A DNA stretch of 64,000 nt from a virus, in the IMG/VR virus record IMGVR_UViG_3300042402_002055, positions 54,407 through 118,406 of that record. The stretch is one strand, 5' to 3'. Both the position numbers and the translations under genes were made by a program. Of the stretch, positions 57,819 through 64,000 are shown in pieces. The stretch's first letter is position 1, and every line of letters begins with the position of its first letter. The notes beneath the pieces were generated by a model that had not been told where the DNA came from, did not search any database, and saw only the letters and a list, made by a program, of their open reading frames with translations.

Positions 57819-57850
57819 TTTGGTAATTTGGGGTTTTTTTCGTATCTTAC
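57819..57850 (+). promoter_or_regulatory. promoter
   Basis: tttggtaatttggggtttttttcgtatcttac. Confidence 0.7.
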
Positions 57851-57872
57851 ATATCTAATAGAAAACAACTAT

Positions 57873-58043
57873 ATGGGTAAGTTCTACGAAGATTTAGATA
57901 CTCTTAATGAGTTAATTAAAAAATTGGATAAGAAAAATCAATTGGGTGAGTTTATTATAAAAGCACTTAGATTGATGAAAGAAAATCCAAACAAATCAAT
58001 ATCAGATGTCATCAAAGAAACAAAAAAAGAACATTATAAATAA
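57873..58043 (+). CDS. hypothetical protein
   Basis: start moved to ATG after the promoter. Confidence 0.55.
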   Translation: MGKFYEDLDTLNELIKKLDKKNQLGEFIIKALRLMKENPNKSISDVIKETKKEHYK

Positions 58044-58248
58044 AGGACATTATTTGGAGTTAATGGATAGGATTCATATCGTAATGATGAATATTCAGGA
58101 CCATCTAATAGACCATCCATTAGCAGAAAACGAAAAGGATATACAAGAGAAAGTAGGAAAAGCATTCAGACATTTGTGGGATGCTTATCAATTGGTAGGA
58201 CAAAAAGAAGATAGTTATGAAAAACTGGAGAATAACGCACATAAGTGA
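58006..58248 (+). CDS. hypothetical protein
   Basis: HYLE.MDR.H..HP..AYQ motif. Confidence 0.6.
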   Translation: MSSKKQKKNIINKGHYLELMDRIHIVMMNIQDHLIDHPLAENEKDIQEKVGKAFRHLWDAYQLVGQKEDSYEKLENNAHK

Positions 58249-58981
58249 CACACATAATAAACACAATAGGGTAAATTTACCAGGTGGAGATATTTTAATA
58301 CATAGTGGAGACATAAGTTCAATTGGTAGGAAACACGAAGTATTAGATTTTATAAAATGGTTTAGTAAGCAACCATATAAGTTTAAGATTTTTATTGCAG
58401 GTAATCACGATTTAACATTTGATAGTGAGGTATTGTTTAGAGATAAATCCGTTCACTTTGATAGGATTCAATACTTTGAACTACCTACTAATGGTAAACC
58501 CGATTGGTTAGTAGATGCAATATCGGAATTGGATGATGATGTATTTTATTTAGAAAACTCATCTATTGAATTTGACAACATTAAGATATGGGGTAGTCCT
58601 ATCAGTCCTAGTTTTGGATATGGTTGGGCATTCAATAAAGATAGAGGTCAAGAAATAAATGAAGTATGGAATACTATACCTAATGATACTGACATTGTTA
58701 TTACACATAGTCCAATTTACGGATATTGTGATAAGACTCAAAACAATTATCAAAATGTAGGTTGTGAAGATTTATATCATAGATTGCAAGAGGTTAAACC
58801 ACACTTACACTTTGCAGGTCATATACATGAGGCATATGGTTATGGTGTAATTCCATATAAAGATGAGTGGGGTGATATTTATACCTTTAATGGTTGTAGT
58901 TGTAATTTAAGATATGAAGTGGATAATAATCCAATCACATTTGATTATAATTTCATAACAAGAGAAATAAATTTCATTTAA
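58217..58981 (+). CDS. calcineurin-like metallophosphoesterase
   Basis: SDTH, HSGD, AGNHD, THSP, GHIHE. Confidence 0.92.
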   Translation: MKNWRITHISDTHNKHNRVNLPGGDILIHSGDISSIGRKHEVLDFIKWFSKQPYKFKIFIAGNHDLTFDSEVLFRDKSVHFDRIQYFELPTNGKPDWLVDAISELDDDVFYLENSSIEFDNIKIWGSPISPSFGYGWAFNKDRGQEINEVWNTIPNDTDIVITHSPIYGYCDKTQNNYQNVGCEDLYHRLQEVKPHLHFAGHIHEAYGYGVIPYKDEWGDIYTFNGCSCNLRYEVDNNPITFDYNFITREINFI

Positions 58982-59817
58982 TGGAAAGAAATACTATAAT
59001 ATTTACAGGTGCATCACATACATTTGGATTGGGATTAGAATGGGAATTAGACCCAATATTAAATAGTGAAGAATATTTACAAAAAGGTGTTAATATTCCC
59101 ATTCCAAGACCGGATGTATATCAAAAATATTGGAGAGAAAATAGATGGCCTACTTTGGTATGTAATGAATTAGGATATACTCAATATAATGTTCATGATT
59201 CCGAAAATAAAATATTAATTGGAGGAAACGCAGTTGAAACATTGTGGATGATGGTTAAAAAAGAAAATGAACTTAAAGATTTATTTTCTAAAACAAAATA
59301 TATTGTATTAGAAACGGGTGGTAATGTTAGATGGTATGACGAAGAATTACATGGTGGAATAGATGGTGACAAATATCCAAATACAGTTATAGAAATGATT
59401 AATCTAATTAACAATCCCAATAGTGATGCATTGGTTGTTGCTAAAACTTTAGAATGGATTGATAATATAGACCCGGTTATTTATTCAAAAGAACTAACTG
59501 ATAAAATTTTATATCTTACAAAAAAATATCCAGAAATTAAATTTATAATATTACCATGGCATCAATTAGAACCAATAAAAAATGTTTCGAAACTTTTAAG
59601 AGATAGTATAGTAGAAATTAAAGAAAATGATAAAAGTTATAAAGATGTAAATAATTTTTTAGAAAAAGAAAAAATACAAGTTTGGAATAAAGCCAAAGCA
59701 TTTAATGGTAATTACAAATACAATATGATAGAACAACATGCATCAATTGAAGGACATAAGAGAGTTGCGGATATTGTCATAAATCACATTAAAAAATTAG
59801 AAAATGAAAAAAAATAA
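58981..59817 (+). CDS. SGNH-like protein (paralog 7)
   Basis: FTGASHTFG, RWP, QHASIEGH. Confidence 0.6.
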   Translation: MERNTIIFTGASHTFGLGLEWELDPILNSEEYLQKGVNIPIPRPDVYQKYWRENRWPTLVCNELGYTQYNVHDSENKILIGGNAVETLWMMVKKENELKDLFSKTKYIVLETGGNVRWYDEELHGGIDGDKYPNTVIEMINLINNPNSDALVVAKTLEWIDNIDPVIYSKELTDKILYLTKKYPEIKFIILPWHQLEPIKNVSKLLRDSIVEIKENDKSYKDVNNFLEKEKIQVWNKAKAFNGNYKYNMIEQHASIEGHKRVADIVINHIKKLENEKK

Positions 59818-60295
59818 GATATGGTTGTATTTGGATGATGTCCGAATACCAACTGAGGGTGATTGGCAAGTCGTAAGAAACTATGATGAATTGGTTGCAC
59901 ATATCAAAATGAATGGTTTGGAAAATTATGAAGTAATTAGTTTAGACCATGATTTAGGTGAAGGTGCAATGATTGAATATTATACAAATGTAAAACCTAA
60001 TTATGAATTGGACTACAATCGTATACCTGAAAAAACAGGAATGGATTGTGCAAGATACTTGGTAGCCGAATCAATGAATACAAAGATTCCTTTACCAACT
60101 ATTTATGTTCACTCAGCAAATCCAATTGGAGCAGCAAATATTATAGGATATGTAAACAACTATTTTAGAAATAATAAATTACCAGAAGTATGTGTAAAAG
60201 TAAATATTGAACATACATATGCACCTGATACAATTATGACGGAAGAGGAAAGAAACAATAGATACAAAATACTACAAAAATATAAAAACAAATAA
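59804..60295 (+). CDS. cyclic-phosphate-processing receiver-domain protein
   Basis: LYLDDVR, ISLDHDLG, TG.D, VHSANP.G. Confidence 0.8.
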   Translation: MKKNKIWLYLDDVRIPTEGDWQVVRNYDELVAHIKMNGLENYEVISLDHDLGEGAMIEYYTNVKPNYELDYNRIPEKTGMDCARYLVAESMNTKIPLPTIYVHSANPIGAANIIGYVNNYFRNNKLPEVCVKVNIEHTYAPDTIMTEEERNNRYKILQKYKNK

Positions 60296-60296
60296 T

Positions 60297-60779
60297 ATGA
60301 AACAAAAAGAAAACTTAATAATACTTTTTATTTTAATTGCGGTTTGGTTTAGATTGATACCACATTTACCTAATTTTACACCTGTGACTGCATTGGCTTT
60401 ATTTTCAGGTTTAATGTTGAAAAGAAAATGGTTGAGTATTGGTATTCCATTAGTTGCAATGATGGTATCGGACTTAGTTTTAGGATTTAGTGCAATATCA
60501 ATTTGGGTATATTTGGGATTTGCATCAATTACAATTATTGGATGGTTTTTAGATAAAATGAATGCAAAGTCAATTTTATTGTCATCTTTAATATTTTTTA
60601 TAGTTTCAAATTTTGGAGCATGGTTAATTGGATATCCACACACAATTGAAGGTTTAATGATGTGTTATACATTAGCAATACCATTTTTTGGATATTCTAT
60701 TTTAGGTGATTTATTTTGGGGATATACATTTAAACATTCTTATAAGTTTATAGAAAGTAAATTTTTAAAAGTAGCATAA
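60297..60779 (+). CDS. DUF6580-like membrane transport protein
   Basis: RLIPHLPNFTP, SD..LG, F.VSNFG.W, CY..AIPFF. Confidence 0.75.
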   Translation: MKQKENLIILFILIAVWFRLIPHLPNFTPVTALALFSGLMLKRKWLSIGIPLVAMMVSDLVLGFSAISIWVYLGFASITIIGWFLDKMNAKSILLSSLIFFIVSNFGAWLIGYPHTIEGLMMCYTLAIPFFGYSILGDLFWGYTFKHSYKFIESKFLKVA

Positions 60780-60782
60780 GTT

Positions 60783-60944
60783 ATGGAATGTATTGCAATT
60801 TTAATAATCGGAAGTATTTTATGGATGGCATTTGAGATGTGGAAAGCACCACTTTTAAGAGAAAATCCAGATGGTTCGTGGACTACGATAAGAAAAGAAA
60901 AGAAAATAATGGACTTTTTTAAGAAAAAAAATAAAAACAAATAG
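60783..60944 (+). CDS. 53-aa membrane protein (below ORF cutoff)
   Basis: MECIAILIIGSILWMAFEMWKAP...; fills the gap. Confidence 0.55.
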   Translation: MECIAILIIGSILWMAFEMWKAPLLRENPDGSWTTIRKEKKIMDFFKKKNKNK

Positions 60945-60946
60945 TT

Positions 60947-61525
60947 ATGGGTGTTGAATTAAAAGATACCTTTTTTGAAAGTGTAGAAAAATTGGTTTGG
61001 TATGATACTAAACTATGGAAAGTATGGTCAGCTATACGATATGATATTCCATTGTTCTTTAAGAATGTATGGAGATTTAGAAAGGAGTTGTATAATCACC
61101 AGTGGTGGGATTATCGTTACACTTTGGAAATGATGTATCGTTCTTTGAGTATTATGGTAGTTAGGTTGGAGAAGGATGGAATAGAGGAAGATGTGAGTAG
61201 AGGTAAGAAGGTTGCTAAGATTAAAAGAGCATTGGAATTACTTAAACACAAATTGGATGATGATTATGTGAGTAGAGCCGAAATTCAATTAGGTGAGTTA
61301 TCACATAAACCATTTGAGTTTGAGAAAATGGAAGATGGAAATTATCTATTAGTGGATAACGACACTCCTGCAGAAAGAGAACATGCAAAGAGTGTATATA
61401 AAAAAGCACAGGAAATTGAGAAAGTGGAGTGGAAAGAATTGTGGGAGATTTTCAAAGGAACTAAATTTTCAAAGAAGTTTGGTTGGGCATATGATGGGAG
61501 TGATATGCGACATTGGTGGGATTAA
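60947..61525 (+). CDS. hypothetical phage protein
   Basis: WDY.Y, C-terminal MRHWWD. Confidence 0.65.
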   Translation: MGVELKDTFFESVEKLVWYDTKLWKVWSAIRYDIPLFFKNVWRFRKELYNHQWWDYRYTLEMMYRSLSIMVVRLEKDGIEEDVSRGKKVAKIKRALELLKHKLDDDYVSRAEIQLGELSHKPFEFEKMEDGNYLLVDNDTPAEREHAKSVYKKAQEIEKVEWKELWEIFKGTKFSKKFGWAYDGSDMRHWWD

Positions 61526-61556
61526 AGGGATTATTAATTGTTAAAGTATATATTTT

Positions 61557-61760
61557 ATGTTTGTTGTTGTTTTGGTTATGGTCATTGTAACCGTTCTTAT
61601 TTCTTGGTCGTGGGTCAATGGTATTGATTATATGAAAGAAAACCATCCCGATTATAAAGGAGAAGATTTTTTAGATTGTGGTGAAGATGAGTGTATAACT
61701 AAAATGGCAGGCAGAGATGGTTGGGATGACAATAACATACATTCGGAAGGAGACTTTTAA
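61557..61760 (+). CDS. small membrane protein
   Basis: TM segment + GIDYMK..HPDYKGEDF. Confidence 0.6.
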   Translation: MFVVVLVMVIVTVLISWSWVNGIDYMKENHPDYKGEDFLDCGEDECITKMAGRDGWDDNNIHSEGDF

Positions 61761-61771
61761 ATAAAAACATT

Positions 61772-62071
61772 ATGAAAGAATTTATACAAAAATATCAGAA
61801 AGCAATTGTTGGAACAGGTGCAGTATCAGTATTATTGATATGTTATTTCCAACAAAAAGAATTAAGTAAACTAAGAAGTGAACAAGTTAAGGTATACAAT
61901 GTTCCTGCAGCTGCAGATAGTTTACAAAAAATAGTAGATAGTTTAGAAACCGAATTATTTATGGCTAAAACTATGAATGGAAGATATGAATTGGCATTGG
62001 AACATTTACACGAAGTGAACCAACCTGCAGGATTAGTCTTTCAAAGATATATGGAAACTGAAACCGAATAA
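61772..62071 (+). CDS. membrane-anchored coiled-coil protein
   Basis: TM segment + DSL..VDSL..E. Confidence 0.6.
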   Translation: MKEFIQKYQKAIVGTGAVSVLLICYFQQKELSKLRSEQVKVYNVPAAADSLQKIVDSLETELFMAKTMNGRYELALEHLHEVNQPAGLVFQRYMETETE

Positions 62072-62074
62072 ATA

Positions 62075-63145
62075 ATGAAAAGTGTTATAGTTTTTGTAGG
62101 AAGTTACAAGTCCCATATTCCATTTATTTTGGGATTTTTTGGAAAAGAAAATTTAGAATATAAATCGGAGTTTAACCCAACTATTTTTGATGAAAGTAAA
62201 ACACAAATATATTATCATCCAAAATTGAATTGTGATATTTTGATTTATGCAGATACTTCTTATTTTTTACAAGAATCAAATGAAGTATTTGATGAATATG
62301 ATGTTAAGATTTTTTCTATGGATTTAATTGATGGAAAGGAATTTTTATTCGATGAAAAAATATCAAAAATACCAAATTCAAAGAAAATATTCATATGGTA
62401 TTTTGGTGAAGTATTTAGTAAAGAATTTTTGAAATCATTTGAAAAAACAAAATACGATAAAATTTTATTAGGTTCAAATAGACGAGAATTGAAATGTGAT
62501 GTAGATTACATGTTACCCTTTAGGTATTTTAGATATTATATAGGTTATTATTGGATTGAAGATTTAATGAATAATTTTATTTATACAAAATACAATAAAA
62601 ATTCTCCAAGATTATTTAGTTATACCAGAGCATATAATTCCAGTACTTGGAGAAATGAATATATTATTGAACTTGGGGAGGATTTAACATCCAAAAATTC
62701 TGCAAACGATGCATATGATTTAACATATCCAAAGTATAAACATTTTGAAACAATATTTGATTATACGAATTGTAATATCAATTTAATATTTGAAACAATC
62801 AATTGTAACAATACAGATGAGGCCTTTTTAACAGAAAAAACATATAAGGGATTATTTTTTGGAAAACCTTTTTATTTGATTGCACCTGTAAATATAATAT
62901 CTTATTTAAAATCCAAAGGATTTTATTTATTAAATTTTGAATTTGGAAGTAATTTTGATTCTATTATAGATTTAAATCACAATTTTAATAATTTTAAAAA
63001 TTGGATAAAAATGACTGCTGAGGAAGAGATTGAAAAAATGTATAATATTTGGTTAGAAAAATCACAAAAAAACAGAAAAATGTTATTTCACTATTTAAAC
63101 GATTATTCTCAAAGTGAAGAAATCATTAAAAAGTTATTAAATTAG
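62075..63145 (+). CDS. hypothetical protein (possible glycosyltransferase-like)
   Basis: IFET..FLTEKT.K..GKPF..LK..GF motif. Confidence 0.5.
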   Translation: MKSVIVFVGSYKSHIPFILGFFGKENLEYKSEFNPTIFDESKTQIYYHPKLNCDILIYADTSYFLQESNEVFDEYDVKIFSMDLIDGKEFLFDEKISKIPNSKKIFIWYFGEVFSKEFLKSFEKTKYDKILLGSNRRELKCDVDYMLPFRYFRYYIGYYWIEDLMNNFIYTKYNKNSPRLFSYTRAYNSSTWRNEYIIELGEDLTSKNSANDAYDLTYPKYKHFETIFDYTNCNINLIFETINCNNTDEAFLTEKTYKGLFFGKPFYLIAPVNIISYLKSKGFYLLNFEFGSNFDSIIDLNHNFNNFKNWIKMTAEEEIEKMYNIWLEKSQKNRKMLFHYLNDYSQSEEIIKKLLN

Positions 63146-63153
63146 AAAAAAAT

Positions 63154-63321
63154 ATGGAAGTAGAACAATTTACAATTATAGTAGACTTATTAACTGAAAT
63201 AAGAGATTTACTAAAAGAGGACAAACAACCACAAACGAAAATTACGGTTGTTGGTAACAAACCACAAAATAACACAAAAAGCCCAAAAGGACTACAAACT
63301 AACGAGGATTTTACCCTATAA
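63154..63321 (+). CDS. 55-aa hypothetical protein
   Basis: MEVEQF..LLTEIRDLLK. Confidence 0.5.
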   Translation: MEVEQFTIIVDLLTEIRDLLKEDKQPQTKITVVGNKPQNNTKSPKGLQTNEDFTL

Positions 63322-63333
63322 AGGGGTATTTTC

Positions 63334-63409
63334 ATAACTCATTGATAATCAAAGACTTATACATATAGGTCTTTTTTTATGCATAACTGGTTGACTATCA
63401 ACATATTAA
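63334..63409. promoter_or_regulatory. two copies of the ATAACT..TTGAT.ATCAA palindrome overlapping a terminator
   Basis: 63334-63360 and 63383-63409; hairpin AAAGACTTAT/ATAGGTCTTT plus T-tract at 63351-63378. Confidence 0.55.
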
Positions 63410-63427
63410 AAAAAAGTTTAATAAATA

Positions 63428-63459
63428 TTTGGTAATGTCAATTATTTGTCGTATATTGA
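63428..63459 (+). promoter_or_regulatory. promoter
   Basis: tttggtaatgtcaattatttgtcgtatattga. Confidence 0.7.
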
Positions 63460-63507
63460 GGTATATTCAAACAATTATTTAACAAAAACACATAAAATTT
63501 CCGAGCT

Positions 63508-64000
63508 ATGAGTTGGTATGACAATTTCAAGACAGGTACGAAAGACTACCTAACAAAAGGTAAAAGTTACGCATCATCATTTTGGTATGATGGCTATGAC
63601 ACTTCGTATGATGTATTAGAAACCTATGGTGGTTTCAAGAAACAAGATTTAGACTTGTATAAAAAGACTAATAACCTATATAAGTTAGCATCAGTAAGAC
63701 GAGCTATTTCTAACTTCGTACAAATCGTTACACAAAAAAACATACCCGTTACATTCGCTACAAAAAGTGATAGTAAGACGGATGGTAAGAGAGTAATACT
63801 TTCTGCCGATGTTGATGACAAATTTGATGTGTCAGTTGGTTTAGCATTACACGAAGGTTCACACATTATATTATCCGACTTTAAGTTGTTGTCTAATATG
63901 AACGATATGTTATCTAACTACGAAAGAGTACAAAGACAAATCAATAGTGATACTCAAAATGAAATTGAGAACAATCTACCAATCAGTTGGACTATTGACA
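63508..64000 (+). CDS. partial HExxH metallopeptidase-like protein (possibly CobT/vWA-associated)
   Basis: open frame to the window end; TDGK.V, GLALHEGSH. Confidence 0.7.
   Translation, partial: MSWYDNFKTGTKDYLTKGKSYASSFWYDGYDTSYDVLETYGGFKKQDLDLYKKTNNLYKLASVRRAISNFVQIVTQKNIPVTFATKSDSKTDGKRVILSADVDDKFDVSVGLALHEGSHIILSDFKLLSNMNDMLSNYERVQRQINSDTQNEIENNLPISWTID

Overview
This is a very AT-rich, densely coded segment with essentially all real genes on the + strand. It is most consistent with a large (jumbo-type) dsDNA phage of a Bacteroidota host. The evidence is a T4-like replisome, 16 copies of a TTTG-N20-TATnTT promoter resembling the Bacteroidota -33/-7 promoter, A-rich starts without Shine-Dalgarno, and Bacteroidota-type accessory genes. 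Layout: (0.2-12.3 kb) thioredoxin, two Mom-like GNAT genes and a DUF4338/DruA-like gene, family B DNA polymerase, sliding clamp, dUTPase, clamp loader, PD-(D/E)xK nuclease; (12.3-25.3 kb) glycan locus; (25-38 kb) auxiliary genes including CysC, IscU, IscA, a TonB-dependent receptor, GroEL, ferredoxin and a GH19 endolysin; (38.8-49.3 kb) an envelope/secretion-like cassette with two CsgG-like proteins, two cohesin/dockerin-like proteins (one with a C-type lectin), beta-barrels and lipoproteins; (52.2-56.6 kb) an RNA island with tmRNA, 18 tRNAs, two aberrant tRNA-like RNAs, a ~870-nt GOLLD-like RNA, several small structured RNAs, and a leader ORF plus terminator ahead of the tRNA array; (56.6-64 kb) heme oxygenase, bilin reductase, phosphoesterases and hypotheticals. 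Seven SGNH-like paralogs are scattered across the window. The best novelty candidates are a possible Mom plus dedicated non-decoding tRNA-Gly DNA-hypermodification system, the surface cassette, and the attenuator-like control of the tRNA array. All family assignments come from motif recognition by eye, not from database searches.
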